From Polynucleobacter necessarius (lineage in GTDB: Bacteria > Pseudomonadota > Gammaproteobacteria > Burkholderiales > Burkholderiaceae): a stretch of 32,000 bases of DNA. Both the position numbers and the translations under genes were made by a program. The DNA lies in assembly GCF_900095195.1 (NCBI RefSeq), contig NZ_LT606950.1:636164-668163 (forward strand). Direction: 5' to 3'. This document shows, piece after piece, positions 9,779 through 18,892 of the stretch (positions within the stretch are counted from its first letter, which is position 1; each line of letters starts with the position of its first letter). The notes under the pieces were generated by a model. It had not been told where the DNA came from, searched no databases, and was given only the letters and a program-made list of their open reading frames with translations.

Positions 9779-10050
9779 ATGTCTCAAAAAGTTGCATACG
9801 TAACAGGTGGCATGGGCGGTATACCGCTATTTGCCAGCGTTTGGCTAAAGATGGATTTAAGGTCATTGCTGGCTGTGGCCCAAACTCACCGCGCAAAGAT
9901 CGTTGGCTTGCAGAGCAAAAGGCACTAGGCTTTGACTTTATTGCCTCTGAAGGTAACGTGTCCGATTGGGATAGCACCGTTGCTGCCTCTGACAAAGTAA
10001 AGGCCGAAGTAGGTCGCGTTGACGTATTGGTCAACAATGCTGGCATTACC
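9779..10050 (+). pseudogene. phaB: Acetoacetyl-CoA reductase PhaB pseudogene, segment 1 of 4 (residues about 1-93)
   Basis: MSQKVAYVTGGMGGI, then a frameshift at about 9822 (an apparent 4-nt loss removing the Gly of GIGTAIC). The sequence continues as TAICQRLAKDGFKVIAGCGPNSP...VDVLVNNAGIT, which closely matches C. necator PhaB. An RBS (GGGGAAAG) lies upstream. Confidence 0.9.
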
Positions 10051-10332
10051 AATGTAACCAGGAGAAACGGTATTGACCGTAACGCCTTTTGTGGCCACTT
10101 CCTGTGCCAATGCCATGGTGAAACCGTGTAAGCCCGCTTTTGCAGTGGAATAGTTGCATTGGCCGAACTGACCCTTTTGACCGTTCACTGAAGAAATATT
10201 GACAATACGGCCCCAGTTGTTATCCACCATGCCATCAATCACTTGTTTGGTAACGTTAAACAGTGTGTTCAAGTTGGTATCAATAACGGCTTTCCAAGCA
10301 TCTGGCGTCATTTTGCGGAAAACGCTGTCACG
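10051..10332 (-). pseudogene. phaB: PhaB pseudogene, segment 2 of 4, inverted in place (residues about 94-187)
   Basis: The minus strand encodes RDSVFRKMTPDAWKAVIDTNL...NISSVNGQKGQFGQCNYSTAKAGLHGFTMALAQEVATKGVTVNTVSPGYI. This is exactly the stretch of PhaB that should follow NNAGIT on the plus strand. Confidence 0.9.
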
Positions 10333-10392
10333 GGTACGGATATGGTGAAAGCCATTCGCGAGGATGTGCTCGAAAAGATTGTGGCAGGCATT
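10333..10392 (+). pseudogene. phaB: PhaB pseudogene, segment 3 of 4 (GTDMVKAIREDVLEKIVAGI)
   Basis: The plus strand resumes PhaB immediately after the inverted block and ends at the left junction of the 1.9-kb inversion. Confidence 0.85.
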
Positions 10393-10630
10393 CGCCCATG
10401 CGTGCACCACTGCGCATCGCTGGGGAGCCATACATACCGCTGGACATGACTTCAACGCCACCGCCAATACCGTAATCGCAATCACCTAACATAATTTGCC
10501 GTGCAGTAGTCACAATCGCTTGCAAGCCAGAGCTACATAAACGGTTCAAGGCCATTGCCACAGACTCCATTAGCAAGCCCGCTTGAATTGCTGCGACGCG
10601 CGCTACATAGGCATAACGACTGTCGGTACT
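10393..10630 (-). pseudogene. Beta-ketothiolase (BktB/PhaA-like acetyl-CoA acetyltransferase) pseudogene, 5' fragment (residues about 55-135)
   Basis: The minus strand encodes STDSRYAYVARVAAIQAGL...ALNRLCSSGLQAIVTTARQIMLGDCDYGIGGGVEVMS...SGARMG, which contains the thiolase active-site Cys region. About 55 N-terminal codons are missing. Confidence 0.85.
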
Positions 10631-10666
10631 TAATTAATGACACAAACAACAGTTTTATAACAATCG

Positions 10667-11530
10667 TCAAATCTCGGCTATTAAGTCATGCCCTTGGGAG
10701 CCAATCACTGTGGCTCGGATAATTTCTCCGGCTCGATAGCGCTTAGACGGCTTGCTGGGCGGCAAAACCCGCACCAAACCATCAATTTCAGGGGCATCGC
10801 CGATGGAACGTCCAATACCTCCCAGACTCGTCAATACGATCAATCATCACTTGAATCCGCTTGCCGACCTTCTTGGCTAGGCGCTGAATGGATATTTCTT
10901 CGGCCTTGGCCATAAAACGAGCCTTACGCTCTTCGCGAATGTTATCCGGGACTGGATTGTCCAGTTGATTGGCGATGGTGCCCTCGACCGGAGAGTAAGC
11001 AAAACACCCTGCGCGATCAATCTGGGTCTGTTCTAGGAAGTTGAGAAATGGGCAAACTCTTCTTCAGTCTCACCAGGGAATCCTGCAATAAACGTACTGC
11101 GGATAACCAAGTCTGCGCAGGCTTTACGCCAGCAGGTGGCACCAAATAAGGGATCATGCGGCTTCGGCAAATGGGCATGAATTGCCTGCATCACTTCATC
11201 GGTTGCATGAGGGCCAGTTACCGCAAGGACTTTTGGATGAATGCTTTGAATCAGATCACTGCCGTCAGCATTCTTTCTGGCACCCAAGCATCCGGTCACA
11301 ATTGCTTTGCCGTTTTCAGCAAGAGCCTCACCAATCGCAGAAAGACTTTCTTCTACAGCGGAGTCGATAAAGCCACAGGTATTGACTACTACGAGATCGG
11401 CGCCAGAATAATCCTTGGCAGTCTCGTAACCTTCAGCACTTAATTGCGTTAGGATCAGTTCAGAATCAACTAAAGCCTTAGGGCAACCTAAGGATACAAA
11501 ACCAATTTTTTCAGCACAACTATTCTTTTT
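10667..11530 (-). pseudogene. rimO: Ribosomal protein S12 methylthiotransferase RimO pseudogene (radical-SAM core deleted, plus 2 frameshifts)
   Basis: The N-terminal MTTase domain is present ([23 protein letters not shown]...[12 protein letters not shown]...PKPHDPLF). It is joined directly to [26 protein letters not shown], so the CxxxCxxC radical-SAM region is absent. The TRAM and C-terminal part (LDRAGCFAYSPVEG...[14 protein letters not shown]...GHDL) is readable only across frameshifts near 11050 and 10830. No plausible start codon lies near the conserved N-terminus. Confidence 0.8.
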
Positions 11531-12083
11531 CAGTTTTATTGGGCTGTGGTGTAGTAAATGGGAAGCCACCAAACATGTTGTGAGAGCCCTGCATTTGCTC
11601 CTGCATCTTCACAAACAGATCTTTGCTTTGCTCCATGTAGTTGCCCATTAAATTTTGCATGAGCGAATTTTGAAGATTGAGCATTTGTGACCAAGCCTCT
11701 GGCGTGCTACCTGCACCCAAGCCTTTTGTCCGATCGCCCAACTTGTTGTGAATATCGACAAAAGACTGCATGGTCTTCTCAAGATAATTTCCCATGAGGC
11801 CCTGCATCGAGTTGCCATAGAAGCGAATGATTTGGGAGAGCATCTGAGTAGAAAACACTGGTGCGCCACCAGCCTCTTCTTCCAAAATGATTTGCAACAG
11901 AATATTGCGTGTGAGATCTTCGTCGGTCTTTGCATCCACGACCTTGAAGCTCTCGTTGCCCATGACTAAACCCTTGATGTCTGTCAGTGTGACGTAGGTG
12001 CTGGTCTGAGTGTCATAGAGACGACGATTGGGATACTTCTTAATGAGCCGATCTTCACCAGCTTTTTTTGCACGGGTAGCCAT
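11520..12083 (-). CDS. phaR: PHA synthesis repressor PhaR (intact)
   Basis: 187-aa ORF from ATG 12083, preceded by AAGGA. It matches C. necator PhaR closely along its whole length ([22 protein letters not shown]...LLQIILEEE...[10 protein letters not shown]...[17 protein letters not shown]). I see no frameshift or premature stop. Confidence 0.9.
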   Translation of the reverse strand: MATRAKKAGEDRLIKKYPNRRLYDTQTSTYVTLTDIKGLVMGNESFKVVDAKTDEDLTRNILLQIILEEEAGGAPVFSTQMLSQIIRFYGNSMQGLMGNYLEKTMQSFVDIHNKLGDRTKGLGAGSTPEAWSQMLNLQNSLMQNLMGNYMEQSKDLFVKMQEQMQGSHNMFGGFPFTTPQPNKTEKE

Positions 12084-12194
12084 GATTTTCCTTACTAAAT
12101 ACTGCAACGCAACATCAGCATAGTTTATCCCTAGTTAAACCTCAAGGTAAATTTGCCGTGTTGCGCCCCATCAATACTGCTTTTTTGGCCTCAA

Positions 12195-12317
12195 TTAGCC
12201 AGTATGGATACCGCCATTTAGCGAGAAGTCCGCTCCAGTTGCATAGCCGCCATCATCCGAAGCGATCCGGCAGCAGATTGAAGCAATCTCATCCTGGGTT
12301 CCTAAACGCTTCACAGG
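12195..12317 (-). pseudogene. phaB: PhaB pseudogene, segment 4 of 4 (C-terminal 40 codons plus stop)
   Basis: The minus strand encodes PVKRLGTQDEIASICCRIASDDGGYATGADFSLNGGIHTG*. This continues exactly from ...KIVAGI at 10392. Confidence 0.85.
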
Positions 12318-13019
12318 AATCCAAGATGCTCGATTTAATGGTTGCCGTGTTGACTGATCCGTTCGGCGTTGGTCATATGGGTGTGACAGCTGAGAACTTG
12401 GTTGAAAAATGGAAGCTAACGCGCGAAGAGCAAGATGCTCTTGCGGCAGAGTCTCATCACCGTGCTGCTAACGCCATTAAAGAGGGTCGATTCAAATCGC
12501 AGATCGTGCCAATTACCATCAAAACCCGTAATGGCGATGTGGTGTTTGATACCGATGAGCATTGCAAGCCAGACACCACTATGGAAACATTGGGCAAGAT
12601 GAAAGCGGTGTTCAAGAAAGAGGGTGGCTCTGTTACTGCTGGTAATGCATCTGGTATTAATGATGGTGCTGCATTCTTTGTATTGGCGGATGCCGAAACC
12701 GCTAAAAAAGCAGGCCACAAGCCCATCGCGTCTCGCCCTGGAGCGTGCCGGTCTCAAGCTTGATCAAATTGACGTGATTGAGTCGAATGAGGCGTTTGCT
12801 GCCCAGGCTTTGGCTGTGACAAAAGGCCTTGGTTTGGATCCTGCAAAGATTAATGTGAACGGTGGTGCGATTGCGTTTGGTCACCCAATTGGTTGTTCAG
12901 GCGCTGCCATTGCTACAAAAGCAATTCATGAATTGCAACGTGTTCAGGGTAAATATGCGCTGGTCACGATGTGTATTGGTGGCGGTCAAGGCATTGCCAC
13001 CATTTTTGAGCGCCTGTAA
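12318..13019 (+). pseudogene. Beta-ketothiolase pseudogene, 3' fragment (residues about 136 to the end) with an internal out-of-frame deletion
   Basis: (E)SKMLDLMVAVLTDPFGVGHMGVTAENL...[16 protein letters not shown] continues exactly from ...GARMG at 10393. A deletion and frameshift at about 12727 removes roughly 20-25 codons. The sequence then reads [25 protein letters not shown]...GHPIGCSGA...[16 protein letters not shown]. Confidence 0.85.
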
Positions 13020-13027
13020 GCAACTTA

Positions 13028-13924
13028 CTAGCTCATTAAGAGCAGAGCAGCATCCAAGCCGACGTGGTCAAAAGCCGCGTCGGCTTTTTCTTTGACGACG
13101 GGTTTTGCTTGATAGGCAACGCTGATACCCGAGCCATTCATCATGATCAGATCATTGGCGCCATCACCCATCGTGATAGAGTTTTCTTTAGTGCATCCTA
13201 AGCGTTGACAGGCCTCGTCCAGATGGGCAGCTTTGGCTGCGCCATCCACAATGTCACCCAGCACCTTGCCGGTGAGCTTGCCATCGATGATTTCAAGAGT
13301 ATTAGCCTGCGTTTGCTTGAATCCCAACTGCTGACGCAACTTTTCAGTAAAGAAGGTAAAGCCACCAGAAACTAAAAGGGTATGTAGGCCGCGTTGATTA
13401 GCGCCTGCTAAAAGCTCAACAGCGCCAGGATTGGGTCGCAGGCGCTCGCGATAGACTGCCTCAAGCGCATCTGCATGGATACCTTCTAAGACAGCAACAC
13501 GCCTGCGCAAACTTTCTTTAAAGTCTTTAATTTCGCCGCGCATAGTGGCTTCAGTAATTTGGGCAACAGCCGATTTCTTGCCTGTAAAGTCCGCAATCTC
13601 ATCGATGCACTCAATGTTAATAAGAGTAGAGTCCATATCCATTGCTAAAACACGAATATCGTTTGGCACCAAATCTGCTTTTAGATAACAGAGATCAGTT
13701 TGATGGCTACTCGCAATTGCTCGCAGAGATTCACGCTTCGAAGTATCAAGCGGTTCATTGAATGACCACCGATCCTGATGATAAGTACCGTTAGTCTCTT
13801 GACCACCTAAGCTATGAAGCGTTGCGCCAAACTGCAATGCCTGATTCTTAAGCTCAAATACCAATTTTTCAGGGATTGGTTGACGCGATATAGCAACAAG
13901 GATTGGGGTTGATGGGATTGGCAT
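13028..13924 (-). CDS. serB: Phosphoserine phosphatase SerB
   Basis: HAD motifs DMDSTL (motif I), SGGF and GDGANDL. The N-terminal ACT-like extension is typical of SerB. Confidence 0.85.
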   Translation of the reverse strand: MPIPSTPILVAISRQPIPEKLVFELKNQALQFGATLHSLGGQETNGTYHQDRWSFNEPLDTSKRESLRAIASSHQTDLCYLKADLVPNDIRVLAMDMDSTLINIECIDEIADFTGKKSAVAQITEATMRGEIKDFKESLRRRVAVLEGIHADALEAVYRERLRPNPGAVELLAGANQRGLHTLLVSGGFTFFTEKLRQQLGFKQTQANTLEIIDGKLTGKVLGDIVDGAAKAAHLDEACQRLGCTKENSITMGDGANDLIMMNGSGISVAYQAKPVVKEKADAAFDHVGLDAALLLMS

Positions 13925-13964
13925 AGCTAAATAATAGTGGAATAGCTGGCGAATGTTTATTGCA

Positions 13965-16900
13965 TTAGTTGATTTTTGCGTGACTTAGTACAGCAGAGTC
14001 GTTTAGGCGCCGTAGAACCTGACGAATCGCTTCTAAACGTTGCTCAAGCTTTTCAAATTCGCGATCTTTTTGCGGTAATACCTTGAGCTTGTCTTGACCA
14101 TTGAGCTGGATATGTTTGTTCTGAATCAGCTGAATAATCTTAAGTGGATTAATCGGTGGGTTTTGAACAAATTGAATCTGAATGGAAGCAGGGCTGGCAT
14201 CAATTTTCTTAATGCCAAAACCAACCATTTCAAGGCGCAGTCGATGCGTTTCATAAAAAGATTTGGCTTGATCTGGAAGATTACCGAACCGATCCACCAA
14301 TTCTTCGCGCAAGCCCATGAGTTCAGAGAAATCGTTACAGCCAGCAAAACGTTTATAAAGAGATAAGCGTTCGTGTACATCTGGACAGTAGTCTTCTGGT
14401 AATAACGCCGGAAGACCCAAATTAACATCGGTTTTTGCTTGAAGTGGTGAGAGAAGGTCGGGCTCTTTACCACTACGCAATGCTTTGACCGCGCGATTGA
14501 GCATCTCGGTATACAACTGAAAGCTTATCTCATGGATTTCACCAGACTGTTTGTCACCCAAAACCTCACCGGCACCGCGTATTTCTAGGTCATGCATTGC
14601 CAAATAGAAGCCAGAGCCCAGTTCCTCCATAGCCTGAATGGCATTTAAACGTAACTGTGCTTGTTTGCTCAGGGCTTCAGGATCGGGGACCAGTAAATAG
14701 GCATATGCCTGGTGGTGTGAGCGCCCCACGCGTCCTCGCAACTGATGCAATTGGGCTAGACCAAATTTATCAGCACGATGCATGATGATGGTGTTCGCTG
14801 TTGGAACATCAATGCCGGTTTCAATAATGGTCGTACACAACAAAATATTAGTGCGTTGCGTGACAAATTCCCGCATTACCGATTCCAATTCGCGTTCGTG
14901 CATCTGCCCATGAGCAACACTAATACGGGCCTCAGGAATCAACTCTTGTAATGATTGTTTGCGATTTTCAATCGTCTCGACTTCGTTGTGTAAGAAATAC
15001 ACTTGACCACCACGTTTGATTTCTCGCAATACGGCCTCTCGAATAACGCCGTCTCCCTCTCGTCGCACAAAGGTTTTGATGGCTAGGCGCTTTTGTGGCG
15101 CAGTGGCAATAATCGAAAATTCTCGCAAGCCTTCCATGGCCATTCCCAAGGTCCTCGGAATTGGGGTTGCCGTTAAGGTCAATATGTCGACTTCAGCACG
15201 CAAGGCCTTGAGAGCATCTTTTTGGCGTACGCCAAAACGATGCTCCTCATCCACAATCACCAAGCCTAAATTCGCAAACTGTGGTTCTTTTGAGAGTAAT
15301 TTATGAGTGCCGATGATGATGTCAGCCTCTCCTTTGCTGATGGCTTCAAGCGCAGCATTAATTTCTTTGCTTGTCTTAAAGCGTGAGAGTTCGACGATTC
15401 GCACTGGCCAATCCGCAAAACGGTCTTTCCAAGTCGCAACGTGCTGCTCAGCCAGTAGAGTGGTTGGTGCCAGAATAGCGACTTGCTTGCCACCCATGAC
15501 TGCCACAAAGCTGGCTCGAAGAGCTACTTCGGTCTTTCCGAAGCCAACATCACCGCAAACCAAGCGATCCATTGGTGTGCCACTGGTCATGTCGCCAATT
15601 ACGGCAGCGATTGCATTTGCCTGATCTGGAGTCTCTTCAAATCCAAAACTTTCGGCAAACGCTGCGTAGTCATGTGCTGAAAATTCAAATGCATGGCCTT
15701 TGCGTATGGCTCTCGCTGCATAAAGCCCCAATAATTTAGCGGCTGTATCCCGGATTTGTTGTGCTGCCTTGCGTTTTGCCTTGTCCCACCGACCAGAGCC
15801 GAGCTGATGCAATGGGGCGGAGTCTGGGTCCGAGCCTGCATAGCGTGTCACCATAGCAAGTTGTTGTACGGGCACATACAGTGTGGCCTGTCCTGCATAT
15901 TGCAGGTGCAGGAACTCTTCAAAAATTGGTGCTTCTTTGGGTTGAGCAAGGTTTAACAGCACTAAACCTTGATATCGTCCAATGCCGTGCTCGGCATGGA
16001 CTACTGGATCACCGATTTTGAGCTCAGAAAGGTCTTTAAATAAAAGATCGGGATCCGTATTTTCAGTGGATTTACTTTTACGACGTTGCCGAGCGGTGGA
16101 TGTAAATAGTTCGGCCTCAGTCAGAACCAGTAGGTTCTCCGCCTTCCACAAGAAACCATTCAGCAGAGGGGCAGTAACCAAGCCAAATGCAGAATCGCTT
16201 TTTACAAAGTCTGCGATACCTTCAAAACCCTCAGGTATCAATGGATAGAGTGGCTTGCCATCGTTTCTGGCAACTGTATTACTCTCATCCAGCAGCTGAC
16301 GAATCGATTCTTTTCTGCCGGCACTATCGCTGCAGATCAACACCCGCAATTTTTGTTCAGAAACAATCTTGCGTAATCGTTCAATTGGATCGGTATCGCG
16401 ACGATGAACGGCGACATCGGGGGATGGTAAAAATACGGGATTCTCAGAAGCGTTTTCAGTTTCGTTTTCTAAAACTAGACGCGCATACGGCTTGGAAGTG
16501 GAAAAGAATTCGTCTACATCCAAGAATAATTCTTTGGGCGGTAGAATAGGTCTATCAAGATCATGCTTTAGAAAGTCATAGCGCGATTGCGTATTTCTCC
16601 AAAAGCCTCGAATGGAGTCTTCAATATTTCCAGTCATGACAAGCCAGACGGGGTCGCCTGAGCGCGGAAAGTAATCAAAAAGATTGGATTGCTCTTCAAA
16701 AAATAGAGGTAGATACGATTCAATACCCGCACTGGGTATTCCTAAATTAGCATCCTTATAGATGGAGCAACGGGTAGGGTCGCCCTCAAATACTTCACGC
16801 CAGCGCCCTCTAAATGCGGTGCGAGCATCATCGTTAAATGGGAATTCATGACCAGGTAGAAGGCGGATTTCTTTGGCGGGGTAAAGGCTACGCTGTGTAT

Positions 16901-17513
16901 CGGGATCAAATGCACGAATCTGTTCAATTTCATCGCCAAATAGATCCAGACGATAGGGCAGGCTTGAGCCCATCGGAAATAAATCAATGAGGCCACCACG
17001 AATACTGTACTCACCTGGTCGCATGACAGCGCTAACTGGATCGTAGCCCGCTTGTTGCAATTGCAGTCTTAATGCTGCTTCATCGAGCTTGTCGCCTTGC
17101 CGAAAGAAAAAGGTATGGCCTGACAAAAATTGCGGGGTTCCCAGACGTTGCAAAGCAGTGGTTGCCGAAACCAACACAATGTCGCAACTACCATTGAGTA
17201 ATTCATAGAGCGTTGCTAAACGTTCGGACACCAAATCTTGGTGCGGTGAAAAATGATCGTAGGGGAGAATTTCCCAGTCAGGTAATAAACGCACTTTTAG
17301 TTGCGGAGCAAATGCAGGAATCTCTTCTGCGAGGCGTTGGGCCTCTTGCGCTTGGGCACAAAAGACCACCATAACTGAAAAATCCTGTCGGTAGCGCAGA
17401 GCAGACTGAGCAAGTAGAGCGGCATCTGCCGACCCAACTAGCCCCGAAAAGGTAAAGCGCTGCCCAGCCCGTGGCACGGGTATGGGGAGTGCTAGATTTA
17501 ATGCATCGGACAT
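13965..17513 (-). CDS. mfd: Transcription-repair coupling factor Mfd
   Basis: 1182-aa ORF with a UvrB-homology N-terminus, an RNAP-interacting domain, a superfamily-2 helicase core (GDVGFGKTEVA, DEEHRFG) and a TRG motif region. Confidence 0.95.
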   Translation of the reverse strand: MSDALNLALPIPVPRAGQRFTFSGLVGSADAALLAQSALRYRQDFSVMVVFCAQAQEAQRLAEEIPAFAPQLKVRLLPDWEILPYDHFSPHQDLVSERLATLYELLNGSCDIVLVSATTALQRLGTPQFLSGHTFFFRQGDKLDEAALRLQLQQAGYDPVSAVMRPGEYSIRGGLIDLFPMGSSLPYRLDLFGDEIEQIRAFDPDTQRSLYPAKEIRLLPGHEFPFNDDARTAFRGRWREVFEGDPTRCSIYKDANLGIPSAGIESYLPLFFEEQSNLFDYFPRSGDPVWLVMTGNIEDSIRGFWRNTQSRYDFLKHDLDRPILPPKELFLDVDEFFSTSKPYARLVLENETENASENPVFLPSPDVAVHRRDTDPIERLRKIVSEQKLRVLICSDSAGRKESIRQLLDESNTVARNDGKPLYPLIPEGFEGIADFVKSDSAFGLVTAPLLNGFLWKAENLLVLTEAELFTSTARQRRKSKSTENTDPDLLFKDLSELKIGDPVVHAEHGIGRYQGLVLLNLAQPKEAPIFEEFLHLQYAGQATLYVPVQQLAMVTRYAGSDPDSAPLHQLGSGRWDKAKRKAAQQIRDTAAKLLGLYAARAIRKGHAFEFSAHDYAAFAESFGFEETPDQANAIAAVIGDMTSGTPMDRLVCGDVGFGKTEVALRASFVAVMGGKQVAILAPTTLLAEQHVATWKDRFADWPVRIVELSRFKTSKEINAALEAISKGEADIIIGTHKLLSKEPQFANLGLVIVDEEHRFGVRQKDALKALRAEVDILTLTATPIPRTLGMAMEGLREFSIIATAPQKRLAIKTFVRREGDGVIREAVLREIKRGGQVYFLHNEVETIENRKQSLQELIPEARISVAHGQMHERELESVMREFVTQRTNILLCTTIIETGIDVPTANTIIMHRADKFGLAQLHQLRGRVGRSHHQAYAYLLVPDPEALSKQAQLRLNAIQAMEELGSGFYLAMHDLEIRGAGEVLGDKQSGEIHEISFQLYTEMLNRAVKALRSGKEPDLLSPLQAKTDVNLGLPALLPEDYCPDVHERLSLYKRFAGCNDFSELMGLREELVDRFGNLPDQAKSFYETHRLRLEMVGFGIKKIDASPASIQIQFVQNPPINPLKIIQLIQNKHIQLNGQDKLKVLPQKDREFEKLEQRLEAIRQVLRRLNDSAVLSHAKIN

Positions 17514-17536
17514 CTAGGGTCATTATAGAATCAGGC

Positions 17537-18289
17537 ATGGGCTCAGCAAATCAATCCACCAGGCAATGTCACGCACTTCTACCTACTGCGGGAACGGGTT
17601 CGCGCTTGGGGGGTGAGCTGCCAAAGCAATTTCAAGAGTTGGCGGGTAAACCCATGCTGGCTTACGCCCTAGATGCGTTTATTCAGTCGCCCCATATTCA
17701 ATCGATATGGATTGGTGTTGCACCTGCCTTTATTGACAACTCAATTCTTAAGAACCTCGCAATAGCCAATAAGCCCGTCCATTTTTTACCTACGGGTGGC
17801 CCAACCCGTCAGGAAACAGTTCAAAATACACTGAGCGCTTTACTAGCATCCGGTATAAATCCTGATGATTGGGTATTGGTGCACGATGCTGCGCGACCAG
17901 GCATTACACCTGCTTTGATCGATACCTTAATTACAGCAGTCCAAGATAGTAATGTTGGAGGATTGTTGGCAATTCCTCTAGCGGATACCTTGAAGCAAGC
18001 GGATTTAGATTCCGCTATTGCTGGTAACTTGCCCCATAGCGAAAAAACCATACCGCGTGAACATCTTTGGCAAGCGCAAACACCTCAAATGTTTGCCACC
18101 AAGCAACTACACGACGCTATAGAAGAGGCGATTCGCCAAGAGGCCGATATTACTGATGAAGCGAGTACTATGGAGCTTTCTGGCATTAAGCCGTTATTGA
18201 TTGAAGGTGCTACTCGCAATTTCAAAGTAACACATCCCGCTGATTGGGAGCTCATGCACGTATTATTAAATACAAGTAAGTCAACCTGA
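17537..18289 (+). CDS. ispD: 2-C-methyl-D-erythritol 4-phosphate cytidylyltransferase IspD
   Basis: [12 protein letters not shown] nucleotide-binding motif and [10 protein letters not shown] prefer ATG 17537, because the longer ORF from 17471 would overlap the divergent mfd start. The gene is followed by ispF. Confidence 0.9.
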   Translation: MGSANQSTRQCHALLPTAGTGSRLGGELPKQFQELAGKPMLAYALDAFIQSPHIQSIWIGVAPAFIDNSILKNLAIANKPVHFLPTGGPTRQETVQNTLSALLASGINPDDWVLVHDAARPGITPALIDTLITAVQDSNVGGLLAIPLADTLKQADLDSAIAGNLPHSEKTIPREHLWQAQTPQMFATKQLHDAIEEAIRQEADITDEASTMELSGIKPLLIEGATRNFKVTHPADWELMHVLLNTSKST

Positions 18290-18308
18290 TTTCATAAAGA
18301 AGATTTTT

Positions 18309-18812
18309 ATGACGCAATCTACTACACATGTTCCACCGATTCGTATCGGCCAAGGTTATGACATTCATGCATTAGTGGCTGAGCGCAAGCTGATTTTGGG
18401 TGGAGTGCAAGTGCCCTACGAAAAAGGCTTACTTGGACATTCTGATGCCGACGCTTTACTGCACGCTTTAACCGATGCGTTGTTGGGTGCTGCTGGCTTG
18501 AATGATATCGGTCAATTATTTCCCGATACAGACCCCCAATTCCAGGATATGGATGGCCGTATTTTGTTGCGGGCAGCCCTTCAAAAAGTACAAGCCGCCG
18601 GTTATCACGTTAGCAATATTGATGCGACCATTATTTGCCAGAAGCCCAAATTAGCGGAATTTCTGCCAGAAATGGTCCGAAATATTGCCGCGGATTTGGC
18701 TGTCACCCCAAGCCATGTGAACCTCAAAGCAAAAACCAATGAATCTCTGGGCCATTTGGGCCGAGGGGAGGGCATAGCTGTCCACGCCGTTGCTTTGCTC
18801 TATAAGGCCTAA
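18309..18812 (+). CDS. ispF: 2-C-methyl-D-erythritol 2,4-cyclodiphosphate synthase IspF
   Basis: [12 protein letters not shown] ... [19 protein letters not shown] ... ICQKPKL. These are canonical IspF motifs. Confidence 0.95.
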   Translation: MTQSTTHVPPIRIGQGYDIHALVAERKLILGGVQVPYEKGLLGHSDADALLHALTDALLGAAGLNDIGQLFPDTDPQFQDMDGRILLRAALQKVQAAGYHVSNIDATIICQKPKLAEFLPEMVRNIAADLAVTPSHVNLKAKTNESLGHLGRGEGIAVHAVALLYKA

Positions 18813-18892
18813 AAGAGCCTCTAAAACCCCAAGCATTGTAGAATTACACTCTTTTAGAGTGAAGTCTAGGCTTGGCAGTGTTTGCGGATATC

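Noticed and set aside
10047-10336. The 282-bp inverted block in phaB could be a phase-variable invertible switch.
   Set aside because: It is bounded by only 4 bp of inverted homology. No recombinase or invertase gene lies in the window. The gene it sits in is already dead from other lesions. A fixed mutational inversion is the simpler reading.
10688-10915. There is a plus-strand 75-aa ORF here.
   Set aside because: It is antisense to the clearly recognisable rimO C-terminal (TRAM) remnant.
12108-12165. A 7-bp inverted repeat, CGCAACA (12108-12114) and TGTTGCG (12159-12165), in the phaB-phaR spacer could be a PhaR operator.
   Set aside because: It is too short to be significant on its own, and it does not match the PhaR binding repeat as I remember it. 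It is noted only as a candidate for footprinting.
12158-12317. The N-terminal part of the 201-aa plus-strand ORF 12158..12763 could be coding.
   Set aside because: This stretch is the antisense of the phaB C-terminal fragment. Thiolase similarity begins only at about 12318.
13965-17513. There are many ORFs of 60-130 aa on the strand opposite to mfd, and similarly opposite to lon, lplT, clpX, tig and ppiD.
   Set aside because: They are shadow ORFs inside strongly supported long genes. They have no motifs and no independent start or RBS context.
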